DNA of 64,000 bases from an uncultured Pelagibacteraceae bacterium (lineage in GTDB: Bacteria > Pseudomonadota > Alphaproteobacteria > Pelagibacterales > Pelagibacteraceae), in contig CACKXS010000002.1 in the NCBI GenBank assembly GCA_902604305.1, positions 24,548 to 88,547 of the forward strand, in the 5' to 3' direction. Below the pieces are notes generated by a model. That model made no database searches. It was given only the letters and a program-made list of their open reading frames with translations, and was not told the DNA's origin. The number at the start of each line of letters is the position of its first letter. The first letter of the stretch is position 1. Shown piece after piece: positions 11,187 through 21,780 of this stretch. A program made the translations under genes and the position numbers.

Positions 11187-11624
11187 CTAGATTGGCTTAA
11201 AAATCACAATAAAGATAATAAAGATTAATATAATTGTAGGAACTTCATTAATAATTCTAAAAAATTTAGATGTTTTTGTGTTAGTTTTTAATCTAAGAGA
11301 TCTCAGGCATATCCCTAAGTATTCATGATAAATAGTAAGAACTACAACTAAGCCTAATTTTATATGCACCCATAATTGTGAAAAAATATCTACACCACTT
11401 ATATAAATTAATATTATTCCAAAAAACCAGCTTAAAATCATTGCTGGTCTCATAATGTAAAAATAAAGACGTTTTTCCATGACCTCAAAAATCTCAGTGG
11501 TTTCCTTTTTTTCTGAGTTTTCAACATGATAAACAAAAATTCTTGGAAGATATAATAATCCAGCCATCCATGAAATAACTGCGATTAGATGTAGAGATTT
11601 AAAAAGTAAATAATAATTCATCAA
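11187..11624 (-). CDS. hemJ: Protoporphyrinogen oxidase HemJ
   Basis: KSLHLIAVISWMAGLLYLPRIFVYH, NEVPT. Confidence 0.95.
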   Translation of the reverse strand: MMNYYLLFKSLHLIAVISWMAGLLYLPRIFVYHVENSEKKETTEIFEVMEKRLYFYIMRPAMILSWFFGIILIYISGVDIFSQLWVHIKLGLVVVLTIYHEYLGICLRSLRLKTNTKTSKFFRIINEVPTIILIFIIFIVIFKPI

Positions 11625-12614
11625 TCAAATATTTTTTTGAATTAAATTTTTTAGTAAACTTATATGATCATCATTATCATTTAGACACGGTATCATGTCA
11701 AAATTCTCTCCCCCCGAATCCATGAAGCTTTTTTTACCCTGAATTAATATTTCTTCTAATGTTTCAACACAATCAGAGGAAAAGCCTGGACATATCGTGA
11801 GGACATTTCTTTTTCCCTCTTTTGGTAAGTTTTCTAAAGTTTTATCTGTATATGGCTGGAGCCACTCTTGTGGGCCAAATCTAGATTGGAAGGTTGTTTT
11901 AATTTCAATAGATTTAAATTTTTCCGAAACTAGTCTAGTAGTTTTATGACAATAACAATAATATGGATCTCCTTTATCAAAGTACTTTTTTGGTATCCCA
12001 TGATAGGAAGCTAAAATCAAATCAGGTTTCCAATTTATATTTTTTATTTTAGAATTTATTGAGTTTACTAATGCATCAACATATAATGGGTCTGACTCAT
12101 AGTGTGGAATAATTTTTAACGAAGGCTGCCACCTCATATTCATTAAAGTTCTATATACTTCATCACAAACAGTTGCTGTAGTTGCGGCCGCATATTGAGG
12201 ATAAAGAGGTAAAATTATAAGATTTTCACAACCTTCTTCATTTAACTTTTTAATTTTACCCTTAATACTTGGATTTCCATATCTCATAGCAAAATCTATA
12301 ACTAGATTTTCATTTGAAAAAGATCTTGATAATTTCTCAGCTTGTTTTTTGGTGTAATATAATAATGGAGATATATTTTCTTCTTTCATCCATATTTCTC
12401 TATAAGCCCTAGCGCTTTTTGATGGCCTAAAATTGAGAATAAAAAGATTAAGTATAACTTGCCAAATTATTGGATTTACTTCAATTACTCTTCTGTCTGA
12501 TAGAAACTCTTTCAGATATCTTCTAACATCTAGCCAGCTTGTAGAATCTGGGGTTCCTAAATTAATTATTAAAACACCGGTCCTTCCATATTTTATTTTG
12601 GGATGTTTTTCCAT
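11625..12614 (-). CDS. hemH: Ferrochelatase
   Basis: NLGTP, AMRYGNP, PLYPQY, FQSRFG, WLQPYT, DCVETLEEI. Confidence 0.97.
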   Translation of the reverse strand: MEKHPKIKYGRTGVLIINLGTPDSTSWLDVRRYLKEFLSDRRVIEVNPIIWQVILNLFILNFRPSKSARAYREIWMKEENISPLLYYTKKQAEKLSRSFSNENLVIDFAMRYGNPSIKGKIKKLNEEGCENLIILPLYPQYAAATTATVCDEVYRTLMNMRWQPSLKIIPHYESDPLYVDALVNSINSKIKNINWKPDLILASYHGIPKKYFDKGDPYYCYCHKTTRLVSEKFKSIEIKTTFQSRFGPQEWLQPYTDKTLENLPKEGKRNVLTICPGFSSDCVETLEEILIQGKKSFMDSGGENFDMIPCLNDNDDHISLLKNLIQKNI

Positions 12615-13615
12615 TATTTAAAGCCTCTAACTATTTTTACTAGTTCTTCTACCATTTCGATTTTCGTTTCTGGTAAAATACCATGACCAAGATTGAATAC
12701 ATAAGGGTGATCTTTAAAAATTTTAAGATACTTTGTTGCTTCTATACGTAAGTTTTCCTTATCAGTTAATAGTACTTTTGGATCTAATCCTCCTTGTACT
12801 GGTATTTCTATTTCATTAATTATTTTTTTAGGATCAATATTATAATCAATGTTTACCATATCAGGCTTAACAACTTGACAAAAATTTTTATAATCTTTTA
12901 TTCCTCTAGGAAAACAAATAACAGGTACATCTAATTTCTTAACATGATTTACAAGATTAAAAGTTGGTTCATAAATAAAATTAGAAATATTATCTTTTAA
13001 TAATCCTGCCCAACTATCAAAAATTTGTATAATGGTTGCACCTGATTTAATTTGGTTTTCAATATGAATTTTAAGGAATTTTTCAATTATAAATAATAAT
13101 TTTTTTATATACAATTTATCATTAAAAATTTCTTTAGAGAGAGATTTTTTTGGTGACATTTTATTAATCATATAAACTAGGATTGTCCACGGTGCTCCAA
13201 CAAAACCAATTATATCCTTATTTTTACATATAGTGTCTGATGAAATGTTTGATATAGATTTATAAATAGGATTTAATTTTTCACTAAATTTATCTTTATT
13301 TACATTTGCTATTAAATCTAAATCTAATTTTCCTAATTTAGGTCCTAAACCTTTTTCAAATTTCACTTCTTGACCCAAACCGTATGGCAACATTAAGATA
13401 TCAGAGAAAATTATTGCAGCATCAAAATCAAATCTTTTAATTGGCTGTAATGTTATCTCAGATGACAAATTTTCATTTAAACATAATTTTATAAAATCTT
13501 TATTTTTTAATCTAATCTCTCTAAATTCTGGTAAATATCTTCCAGCTTGTCTCATTATCCAAATAGGATTTATTTTATGATTTTTATTAATTATGCAATC
13601 TTGGATTGGAGTCAT
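12614..13615 (-). CDS. hemE: Uroporphyrinogen decarboxylase
   Basis: PIWIMRQAGRYLPE, FSDIL, QIFDSWAG, FNLGHG. Confidence 0.97.
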   Translation of the reverse strand: MTPIQDCIINKNHKINPIWIMRQAGRYLPEFREIRLKNKDFIKLCLNENLSSEITLQPIKRFDFDAAIIFSDILMLPYGLGQEVKFEKGLGPKLGKLDLDLIANVNKDKFSEKLNPIYKSISNISSDTICKNKDIIGFVGAPWTILVYMINKMSPKKSLSKEIFNDKLYIKKLLFIIEKFLKIHIENQIKSGATIIQIFDSWAGLLKDNISNFIYEPTFNLVNHVKKLDVPVICFPRGIKDYKNFCQVVKPDMVNIDYNIDPKKIINEIEIPVQGGLDPKVLLTDKENLRIEATKYLKIFKDHPYVFNLGHGILPETKIEMVEELVKIVRGFK

Positions 13616-13900
13616 ATAATAATTATATATATAATCTTTAATATTAGTTTTATATCCTGTTAATATAAGAAATTATTAATTTTTAACATTTTACCCACTA
13701 AATACTAACAGATAAAAATAATAAAAAATTAAGACAAATAGCCTTTTTTTGTAAATTTTAGCTTAGTTAAATAATTGTGTATATTAATTATTAAGATGTT
13801 TATTTATGTTAATAATTTAAAAGATATTCAAATAAAAAATAGAATGAAAAAAGTTATAAATTTTTAATTGATTTATTAAATTATTATAAACATTTTATAC
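13616..13900. other. Probable replication origin oriC
   Basis: 285-bp, very AT-rich gap between divergent hemE and ppsR, the usual alphaproteobacterial oriC position; several DnaA-box-like 9-mers; parS/parAB about 9 kb away. Confidence 0.75.
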
Positions 13901-14722
13901 ATGACTGATAAACACGATATTTACTTAATTTCAGACTCAACCGGTGAAACAATTGATAGAATATTTTTGGCTTTAAAGGCTCAATTTTTAAATTTTAAAT
14001 ATAATAATCATCAATTCTCATTTACCAGGACCCAGAATCAAATATTGAAAATTATTGAATTAGCTAGAGAACAGAAAGAACCGATAATTCTTTACACTAT
14101 AGTTGATGACAATCTCGCAAAATATTTAGAGAAAGAAGCAAATAAATTCAATATCCCTTGTTTTAGTGTTCTTGGGGATTTGATTTTAAATTTTTCTAAA
14201 TTATTAAAACAGAGAGCTTCGCATATACCTAGCGGACAACATACTTACGAAGAAAATTCAAAAAGAATTGAAGCCATTCAGTTTACTATGAACCATGATG
14301 ATGGAAGTATGATACAAGACTTAGAAAAGTCAGATATTATTTTACTTGGTGTTAGTAGAACTGGTAAAACACCAACATCGATATATCTTGCAAATAGAGG
14401 TTATAAAACTTCAAATATTCCTTTGGTAAACGAAAATTCAATTCCTGAATTTCTTAGAGAAAATCCAAAACTTAAATGTGTAGTGGGTTTAACAGTTGAG
14501 CCAAAAAGATTAGTTGATGTTAGAAAAAATAGAATGATGGCAATAAAAGAAGAACATGGGATTGACTATACAAACATTGAAAAAATAGAATTAGAAACAA
14601 AAAATGCAAAAGAAGCTTTTAAAAAGTATCAATGGCCAGTAATTGATGTTACTAGGAAATCAATTGAAGAGACCGCAGCTTCTATTATAAAAATATATGA
14701 AATAAAAAGTCAAAATGCGTAA
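13901..14722 (+). CDS. ppsR: PEP synthase/PPDK regulatory kinase-pyrophosphorylase (DUF299)
   Basis: ISDSTGET, HDDG, GVSRTGKTPTSIYLA, DVTRKSIEETA. Confidence 0.93.
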   Translation: MTDKHDIYLISDSTGETIDRIFLALKAQFLNFKYNNHQFSFTRTQNQILKIIELAREQKEPIILYTIVDDNLAKYLEKEANKFNIPCFSVLGDLILNFSKLLKQRASHIPSGQHTYEENSKRIEAIQFTMNHDDGSMIQDLEKSDIILLGVSRTGKTPTSIYLANRGYKTSNIPLVNENSIPEFLRENPKLKCVVGLTVEPKRLVDVRKNRMMAIKEEHGIDYTNIEKIELETKNAKEAFKKYQWPVIDVTRKSIEETAASIIKIYEIKSQNA

Positions 14723-15299
14723 AATAATTCTTGCATCTAATAGCAAAATAAGAAAAAAAATTTTAGATAAAAATGAAATTCAATGTAAAGTTTTTCCATC
14801 TAACATTGATGAAGAATCAGTAAAGAAAAGTTTGTTAAAAGAAAATTCTAGTCCGGAATTAATTTCTAAAAATTTAGCAGAATTAAAAGCTAATAAAATA
14901 AGTTTGAAGTTTAATAGTGAAATTGTCCTTGGAGCAGACAGTGTAATAGATTTAAACATGGAATTAATATCAAAACCTAAGAGTAGAGAAGAAGCTATGA
15001 AAATATTAAAAAAACTTAATGGAAAAACCCATTTTTTGATAAGTTCTGTTTGCATCTCAAAAAATGGTTCTATGATTTGGAATTATACTGATAAAGCAAC
15101 TTTGACAATGAAAGACCTGTCCGATAAAGAACTTAAAGAATACTTATCAAAAATTACTGATGAAGCTTTATATTCATATAATGTCTATCAAATAGAAGGT
15201 GAGGGTAGGTCTTTATTTTTAAAAATTGATGGAGATGAAGATACAATTATGGGCTTACCTGTTAAAAAAATTAAGGATTATCTAAGAAATTTTATATGA
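14715..15299 (+). CDS. maf: Maf-like nucleotide pyrophosphatase
   Basis: IILASNSKIR, LGADSV, KPKSREEA, YQIEG, IMGLP. Confidence 0.92.
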   Translation: MRKIILASNSKIRKKILDKNEIQCKVFPSNIDEESVKKSLLKENSSPELISKNLAELKANKISLKFNSEIVLGADSVIDLNMELISKPKSREEAMKILKKLNGKTHFLISSVCISKNGSMIWNYTDKATLTMKDLSDKELKEYLSKITDEALYSYNVYQIEGEGRSLFLKIDGDEDTIMGLPVKKIKDYLRNFI

Positions 15300-16087
15300 A
15301 AAAATATATAGTAATTGGAAATCCTATAGACCACTCTCTTTCACCAAAACTTCATAATTATTGGATAAAAAAAAACAATATAGAAGCCATATATGAAAAG
15401 AGGAAAATTAAAGAGAGTGATATAGAATTTATAGTTTCTGAAATTAAAAAAGAGACAATTAATGGTGCGAATGTAACAGTTCCTTTTAAAAAAAAAGTTA
15501 TTCCATATATAGATGAACTAAGTCCTGAAGCAAATGAATCACAATCTGTTAATACAATATATTTTCAAGGTGGAAAATTGATTGGTCATAATACTGATAT
15601 ATCTGGTTTTGAACTTGGAATAAAATATTCAAAATATGATATAAAAAATAAAATAGTTTTTATATTAGGTGCAGGAGGCGTTGTTTCCTCAATAATTATA
15701 GCATTAAAAAGAATGGGAGCTGCAAAAATTATTATTAGCAACAGGACAAAATCTAAAGCAGAAGATCTAAAAAATATTTTTAATAAATTAGAAATTATTG
15801 ATTGGGGAGAAACCCCAAATTTTGATATGATTATAAATGCAACAAGCATTGGTTTAAAAAATGAAGATGGGATTAAATTAGATTATTCTAAAATAGAGCC
15901 TAATAAATTTTTTTATGATGTTATTTATAATCCAAAAGAAACGATTTTTTTGAAAAGAGCTAAACTTTTTGGAAATAAAGCTGAAAATGGAAAAATGATG
16001 TTCATTTATCAAGCGCATCAAGCATTTACTATTTGGAATAAATTAATGCCAGAAATCAATCAAGAAGTTATAAATTTATTAGATTAA
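15296..16087 (+). CDS. aroE: Shikimate dehydrogenase
   Basis: GNPIDHSLSP, NVTVPFK, NTD, GAGG, NATSIG, DVIYNP. Confidence 0.96.
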   Translation: MKKYIVIGNPIDHSLSPKLHNYWIKKNNIEAIYEKRKIKESDIEFIVSEIKKETINGANVTVPFKKKVIPYIDELSPEANESQSVNTIYFQGGKLIGHNTDISGFELGIKYSKYDIKNKIVFILGAGGVVSSIIIALKRMGAAKIIISNRTKSKAEDLKNIFNKLEIIDWGETPNFDMIINATSIGLKNEDGIKLDYSKIEPNKFFYDVIYNPKETIFLKRAKLFGNKAENGKMMFIYQAHQAFTIWNKLMPEINQEVINLLD

Positions 16088-16680
16088 TGATTAAGATTGG
16101 AATTGTTGGTGATATTGGATCTGGAAAAAGCTTTACAGCAAAACTATTTGGTTCACCAATTTTTGATGCGGATAAAGAAGTTTCGAAAATTTATAAGAAT
16201 GACAAAAATTGTTTTATTAGATTAAAAAAAAAAATACCTAAATTCATAACTTCTTTTCCTATAAAAAAAAATGAATTAAAAAAATCAATTTTTGAAAATA
16301 AGGCAAATCTAAAAAAAATTGAAAAGATAGTTCATCCCAAAGTACAAAAAAATATGAGAAAATTTATTGAATTAAATAAAAAAAAAAAAATATTAATTTT
16401 TGATATACCGTTATTGATGGAAAAAAAAAATTTTAAAAAAAGTTTTATATATGTTTTTGTTGACTCGAAGAAAAAAGATATTTTAAAAAGGTTAAAGAAA
16501 AGAAAAAATTATAATAAAAAAATAATTGAAAATCTTAGAAAATCACAACTACCTTTAGAATTTAAAAGAAAAAAATCTGATTATGTAATTAAAAATGATT
16601 TTAAAAAGTTAAATTTAAAAAAACGTGTTAAAATAATTAAAAAAAAAATTTTAAATAATTATGAAAGAAATAGTACTTGA
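16087..16680 (+). CDS. coaE: Dephospho-CoA kinase
   Basis: GDIGSGKS, FDAD, IVHP, DIPLL; synteny. Confidence 0.9.
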   Translation: MIKIGIVGDIGSGKSFTAKLFGSPIFDADKEVSKIYKNDKNCFIRLKKKIPKFITSFPIKKNELKKSIFENKANLKKIEKIVHPKVQKNMRKFIELNKKKKILIFDIPLLMEKKNFKKSFIYVFVDSKKKDILKRLKKRKNYNKKIIENLRKSQLPLEFKRKKSDYVIKNDFKKLNLKKRVKIIKKKILNNYERNST

Positions 16681-17333
16681 TACAGAAACAACAGGAATAT
16701 CAGTAAAAGATGGTCATAGAATTGTTGAAATAGGGTGTATCGAATTAGACAATTTAGTTATTACACAAAAAAAATTTCATTGTTATTTAAATCCTGAACG
16801 TAGAGTTTCGGAAAAGGCTTTAGAAGTACATGGCTATACAGATAAATTTTTATCAGATAAAAAAAAATTTATAGAAGTAGCAGATGAGTTTCTTTCGTTT
16901 ATAGATAATAAAAAATTGATTATCCATAACGCTGAATTTGATATTTCCCATTTAAATAATGAACTTCAAATAGCAGGAAAGAAAAAAAATAGATAAAGAA
17001 CTGGTTATAGATACTTTAGAAATTGCAAGAAATAAATTCCCAGGTTCTTTAACAAGTTTAGATGCGTTATGTAAAAGATATAGAATAGACAATTCTAAAA
17101 GAAAAAAACATACCGCTCTTATAGATTGTGAATTGTTGACTAAAGTTTATATCAATTTAATTGATCAAAAAGAACCCTCATTAGATTTTGTTACCGAAAT
17201 CCAGGGAAGCAAAAATGTTATTTTAAATAGTACTAAAAATTACTCAAAAAAAATAATTGAACCAACTAGTGAAGAATTAATTTTGCACGAAGAATTTTTA
17301 AAAACTTCGCTTAAAAAAAATTATTTTAGTTGA
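16661..17333 (+). CDS. dnaQ: DNA polymerase III epsilon subunit, split by a frameshift at A8 (16982-16989)
   Basis: ExoI VLDTETTG and ExoII HNAEFD in the first frame; IDTLEIAR…SLDALCKRY…HTALID (ExoIII) in the shifted frame to the stop at 17333. Confidence 0.93.
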
Positions 17334-17748
17334 GTCTTTGATTATATAGCTGTTCAAAATCTATTTTTTTTTCAAATTTAATTCCAGGAAAACCAGAAAT
17401 ACTTAATAAATTTATAAATGTCTTTTCTAAATTATTATAAATTTCCTTTTGGACGTCACACAAAATTATTTTTTCAATTACTTTACGATCTTTAATTTCC
17501 TCGTTTATTCTTACTATTGAAGCATAAGTAATTTCAAAATGAGACTTATTTTTTGATTTAGTTTTGTCTACGTATGTAAGTTTTGTATTTACTTCAATCA
17601 ATCTATTTTTTAAAGGTTTAGATGTTATATCAATATTTAAATTATAATTTTTCAAATACTCTTTTACATATAAATAAGTTTCCACGTCTGGAGTTTCGCA
17701 AGATGAGTCTTTTACAAATTCGGTGAGTATTTTAAATTTTTCTTCCAT
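17326..17748 (-). CDS. secB: Protein-export chaperone SecB (divergent)
   Basis: FVKDSSCETP resembles YVKDLSFE; C-terminal GFP…IDFEQLY; dnaQ-secB-fxsA-tim44 order. Confidence 0.8.
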   Translation of the reverse strand: MEEKFKILTEFVKDSSCETPDVETYLYVKEYLKNYNLNIDITSKPLKNRLIEVNTKLTYVDKTKSKNKSHFEITYASIVRINEEIKDRKVIEKIILCDVQKEIYNNLEKTFINLLSISGFPGIKFEKKIDFEQLYNQRLN

Positions 17749-17750
17749 TT

Positions 17751-18155
17751 TTATTTTTTATCATCTATATCTTCGTATTCACCTTCAATAAAGTTTTTAT
17801 TTTTTTTGTAATTTTTTTTTGAAATTCTTCTAAAAAGTATTTTTCTTGTCCAAGGAAAAATAATGAGAAATCCAAATATATCAGTTAAAAAACCTGGCAA
17901 GATTAATAGAAGAGAAGCAAAAGCTAAAGCTGCACCAGAAACTATTTCATAAATAGGAATTTCATTTCTGACAATTTGATTTATTGCAGACCTTAATGTG
18001 TTTAATCCTTCATATTTTGCATAGTAAATCCCAATAATTGCAGTAATAAAAATAAGAGAAATTGTATTAAACGCACCGATTTGAGATCCAATCTTAATAA
18101 AAAGATAAATCTCAATGATTGGTACTAATAAAATAAGCAATAAAACTGTGTTCAT
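17751..18155 (-). CDS. fxsA: FxsA family membrane protein
   Basis: PIIEIYLFIKIG, LLILPGFLTD, IEGEY. Confidence 0.9.
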   Translation of the reverse strand: MNTVLLLILLVPIIEIYLFIKIGSQIGAFNTISLIFITAIIGIYYAKYEGLNTLRSAINQIVRNEIPIYEIVSGAALAFASLLLILPGFLTDIFGFLIIFPWTRKILFRRISKKNYKKNKNFIEGEYEDIDDKK

Positions 18156-18178
18156 TTGTCTTTAATCTAATTTGTCAG

Positions 18179-18207
18179 TTGAAATTAAGCAACATAGTAA
18201 ATATTAT
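18179..18207 (+). promoter_or_regulatory. Sigma70-type promoter for the tim44-like gene, probably leaderless
   Basis: TTGAAA-N17-TATTAT, 6 nt before ATG 18214. Confidence 0.55.
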
Positions 18208-18213
18208 TTACTT

Positions 18214-18804
18214 ATGAATTATAGTTTTGAATATATTGATATAATACTTTTGGCAATGATTGCTGGCTTTATTTTCCTTAGATTAAGGGGGATTTTAGGA
18301 AAAAAAACTGGACATGAAGAAAATATTGGAGCTACCTTTGCTCATGATTTTCCCACAAAAAAAGAAAATCATCAAAAGATAGATGAAACCAATTTTGATG
18401 AAAAGGCTAAGGCTGATTTTTTAAAAGGTGCTAAAATTGCATATGAAACTATAATTACAAGTTTCGCATCTGGGGATTTAAAAAAAATCAAAACTTTACT
18501 AGATAAAAAGGTTTTAAATGATTTTAGCGAAGCTATTCAAGAAAGAAAAAATAAAGGTCTAAAATCAGAAACTACTTTTATAGGTATAAACTCGGCCGAC
18601 ATAAAAAACTACAATCAAGTAAATAATAAATTTGAAGTAAAAGTTGATTTTGTAAGTGAAATAATTTCATGTGTTAAAGATAAAGATCAAAAATTAATAT
18701 CAGGTTCTCCCGAAAAGATTAAAAAAGTTTATGATACTTGGAAGTTTTCTAGAAACGTTAAATCTATCAATCCCGATTGGCTATTAGTTGACACTCAAGC
18801 ATAA
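18214..18804 (+). CDS. Tim44/TimA family protein
   Basis: N-terminal TM LLAMIAGFIFLRLRGILG; FLKGAKIAYE; DTWKFSR…PDWLL. Confidence 0.9.
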   Translation: MNYSFEYIDIILLAMIAGFIFLRLRGILGKKTGHEENIGATFAHDFPTKKENHQKIDETNFDEKAKADFLKGAKIAYETIITSFASGDLKKIKTLLDKKVLNDFSEAIQERKNKGLKSETTFIGINSADIKNYNQVNNKFEVKVDFVSEIISCVKDKDQKLISGSPEKIKKVYDTWKFSRNVKSINPDWLLVDTQA

Positions 18805-19224
18805 TTGATAAAAAAAATTACAAATAAAGATAAAAAAGATTGGAAGAAATTTTTAGATAGTAATAATAAATTAGAAAATAAAGATATAATCTTTAATAAA
18901 ATTAATATAAATGAAAAAGTTAGATCAATAGACTTGCATGGCAATACCCTTGAAAATGCAAATAAAGTTATAAGTAATTTTATTAAAAGATGTTATTTTG
19001 ATAATGCAAGTAGTATCAATGTTATTACTGGAAAAGGATCAAGGTCTAAAAATAAAGAAGATCCATATCTATCTAAAGATTTAAGTATATTAAAATATTC
19101 TGTACCAGATTATATAAAAAATAATTCTGAACTTATGGAAATTATTAAAAAAATAGATTTAGACTCTGTTAATAATCCTAATAAAGGAACATTTAATATT
19201 TTATTAAAAAAATTTATAAAATGA
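18805..19224 (+). CDS. Smr/MutS2-domain protein
   Basis: IDLHGNT, VITGKG; follows tim44. Confidence 0.88.
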   Translation: MIKKITNKDKKDWKKFLDSNNKLENKDIIFNKININEKVRSIDLHGNTLENANKVISNFIKRCYFDNASSINVITGKGSRSKNKEDPYLSKDLSILKYSVPDYIKNNSELMEIIKKIDLDSVNNPNKGTFNILLKKFIK

Positions 19225-20578
19225 ATTTAGAAAGATCTGTATCTTTAACGATATCACCTAAATTATTTTTAACATAACTAGAATCAATAGTTATCTTTTC
19301 ACCACCTCTGTCAGTTGCAGTAAAGCTAATCTCATCTAGAACTCTTTCTATAATTGTATGTAATCTTCTTGCTCCAATATTTTCAACTTTTGAATTTACT
19401 TCGTAAGCTAAATTAGCAATCATATCAATGCCATCTTCCGAAAATTCCAAATCAACATTTTCAGTTTTTAATAAGGCTTTGTATTGTTTTATTAAGCTAT
19501 TATCAGGTTCTTTAAGTATTTTTTTAAAATCTTCACTATTTAAAGCGTCTAGTTCAACTCTAATAGGCAATCTACCTTGTAACTCTGGAAGTAAATCCGA
19601 TGGTTTTGCCAATTGAAAAGCACCTGATGCGATAAATAAAACATGGTCTGTTTTAATTGTTCCATATTTAGTGCTAACAGTTGTACCTTCTATAAGTGGC
19701 AGTAAATCTCTTTGTACTCCTTCTCTTGACACATCGCCACCCACACGGTCTGTTCTAGCTGATATTTTATCTATTTCATCTAAAAATACTATTCCATTAT
19801 TTTCAGTAGAATCTTTTGCTGCTTTTACAATTTTGTCTTGTTCTATCAGTTTATCAGACTCTTCATTAATTAAAATTTCGTGAGACTCTTTTACAGACAT
19901 TTTTTTCTTTTTAGCCTTTCCTCCCATTGACTTCCCTAACATTTCTGAAATATTTATCATTCCAACATTAGCACCAGGCATTCCAGGAATTTCGAATTGA
20001 GGCATTTGTGAAGCTTCATTAATATCTATTTCAATTTCATTATTATCTAAATCTCCACTTCTTAATCTTTTTCTAAAACTTTCCCTAGTAGCAACACTCG
20101 CTTTATTTCCAACCAAAGCATCCAAAACTCTTTCCTCAGCTAATTTCTGTGCTTTCGCATGTACTTCTTTTCTTTTTTTTACTTTTTCCATTGCAATAGC
20201 TATCTCTAATAAATCTCTGATTATTTGTTCAACGTCTCTACCAACATACCCCACCTCGGTAAACCTAGTTGCTTCTACTTTTACAAATGGTGCCTCGGCT
20301 AATTTTGATAGTCTTCTTGAAATTTCTGTTTTTCCAACTCCGGTTGGACCCATCATTAAAATATTCTTTGGCAAAACTTCATCTTTCATTTCACCAACTA
20401 AAGCTTGTCTTCTCCATCTGTTTCTAAGAGCAATTGCCACCGCTCTTTTTGCGTTTTTTTGTCCAACTACAAATCTATCTAATTCAGAAACAATTTCTCT
20501 TGGAGACAGAGAATTTAAAATCTCTTTTTTATCTGATTTATCTTTAGGTTTAAAAGTTGTTACGTTCGATTTTTCCAT
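19214..20578 (-). CDS. hslU: HslU ATPase subunit
   Basis: [34 protein letters not shown]. Confidence 0.98.
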   Translation of the reverse strand: MEKSNVTTFKPKDKSDKKEILNSLSPREIVSELDRFVVGQKNAKRAVAIALRNRWRRQALVGEMKDEVLPKNILMMGPTGVGKTEISRRLSKLAEAPFVKVEATRFTEVGYVGRDVEQIIRDLLEIAIAMEKVKKRKEVHAKAQKLAEERVLDALVGNKASVATRESFRKRLRSGDLDNNEIEIDINEASQMPQFEIPGMPGANVGMINISEMLGKSMGGKAKKKKMSVKESHEILINEESDKLIEQDKIVKAAKDSTENNGIVFLDEIDKISARTDRVGGDVSREGVQRDLLPLIEGTTVSTKYGTIKTDHVLFIASGAFQLAKPSDLLPELQGRLPIRVELDALNSEDFKKILKEPDNSLIKQYKALLKTENVDLEFSEDGIDMIANLAYEVNSKVENIGARRLHTIIERVLDEISFTATDRGGEKITIDSSYVKNNLGDIVKDTDLSKFIL

Positions 20579-21093
20579 TATATTTTTTCAATTTTAATAT
20601 TGTCATTAGTGAATACACAAATTTCAGATGCAACTTTAATTGCTTTTTTTGCGATCTCTTCTGCATTAAGTTCAGTATCCATTAAAACTTTTGCAGAAGC
20701 TAATGCATAATTACCACCTGAACCAATTCCTATTACATTTCCTTCTGGCTCAAGAACATCTCCAGTTCCAGAAATTATAAAGCTTTTTTCTTTATCACCA
20801 ACAGCCATTAGAGCTTCTAATCTTCTTAAATATTTATCAGTTCTCCAGTCTTTAGCTAATTCCACTGCTGCTCTTGCAAGATTACCTGCGTGTTTTTCTA
20901 ATTTTGACTCTAATCTCTCAAATAAAGTTAAAGCATCTGCAGTAGATCCAGCAAATCCTGCGATCACATTTCTTTTCTCTATTTTTCTAACTTTATTAGC
21001 AGTTCTTTTAATTACCGTGTTTCCCATGCTTACTTGGCCATCACTAGCAACTACCACTTCATCGTTTTTTCTTACTAATACTATTGTTGTCAT
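20578..21093 (-). CDS. hslV: HslV protease subunit
   Basis: MTTI N-terminal Thr, DGQVSMG, GSGG, ICVFTN. Confidence 0.98.
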   Translation of the reverse strand: MTTIVLVRKNDEVVVASDGQVSMGNTVIKRTANKVRKIEKRNVIAGFAGSTADALTLFERLESKLEKHAGNLARAAVELAKDWRTDKYLRRLEALMAVGDKEKSFIISGTGDVLEPEGNVIGIGSGGNYALASAKVLMDTELNAEEIAKKAIKVASEICVFTNDNIKIEKI

Positions 21094-21100
21094 ACCTTAT

Positions 21101-21128
21101 AAATGGATACTAAATTCAATAGTTCAAG
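21101..21128 (-). promoter_or_regulatory. RpoH (sigma32)-type promoter of hslVU
   Basis: CTTGAA-N15-TCCATTT on the minus strand, 7 nt before the ATG. Confidence 0.6.
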
Positions 21129-21184
21129 CCCAGGGCTAGTATTATTGCCATAATTGAATAATAGATATATACCTTTTTTAAATT

Positions 21185-21775
21185 ATGAAGAGGAAAGCAA
21201 AAATTAGCAGAAAAACTAAAGAGACTAACATTAGTGTTGATTTAAACATTGATGGCAAGGGCAAGTACAAAGTTGACACAGGTATAGGATTTTTAGATCA
21301 TATGCTTGAACAATTATCAAAGCATTCTTCTATGGACATGGATATAAAAGCTAAAGGAGATACTCATATTGATCTGCACCACACTACAGAAGATACAGGT
21401 ATAGCTATTGGTGAGTGTTTGAAAAAAGCTTCAAAGAAATTTATTGGAATTAAAAGATATGCACATGCAATGATACCTATGGATGAAACATTAACACGTG
21501 TTGCAATTGATGTTTCAAATAGACCTTATCTAATCTGGAAGGTTAAGCTTAAAGTAGAAAAGCTCGGTGAAATGGATACAGAATTATTTAAAGAATGGTT
21601 CCAAGCATTTTCACAAGCTGCTGGAATTACTTTACACATTGAAAATATTTATGGTGATAACAGCCACCATATTATTGAGTCTTGCTTTAAAGGTTTGGCA
21701 AGATCATTGAGAGCTGCGTTGGAGATGGATCCAAGAAATAAAAAGAGCATTCCATCCACTAAAGGCTCATTATAA
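21185..21775 (+). CDS. hisB: Imidazoleglycerol-phosphate dehydratase
   Basis: [36 protein letters not shown]. Confidence 0.97.
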   Translation: MKRKAKISRKTKETNISVDLNIDGKGKYKVDTGIGFLDHMLEQLSKHSSMDMDIKAKGDTHIDLHHTTEDTGIAIGECLKKASKKFIGIKRYAHAMIPMDETLTRVAIDVSNRPYLIWKVKLKVEKLGEMDTELFKEWFQAFSQAAGITLHIENIYGDNSHHIIESCFKGLARSLRAALEMDPRNKKSIPSTKGSL

Positions 21776-21780
21776 GTTTA

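Noticed and set aside
16200-16680. Poly-A and Lys-rich stretches in coaE
   Set aside because: Frame is intact; reflects general AT-driven composition
17133-17333. 66-aa ORF as a separate gene
   Set aside because: It is the C-terminal part of frameshifted dnaQ
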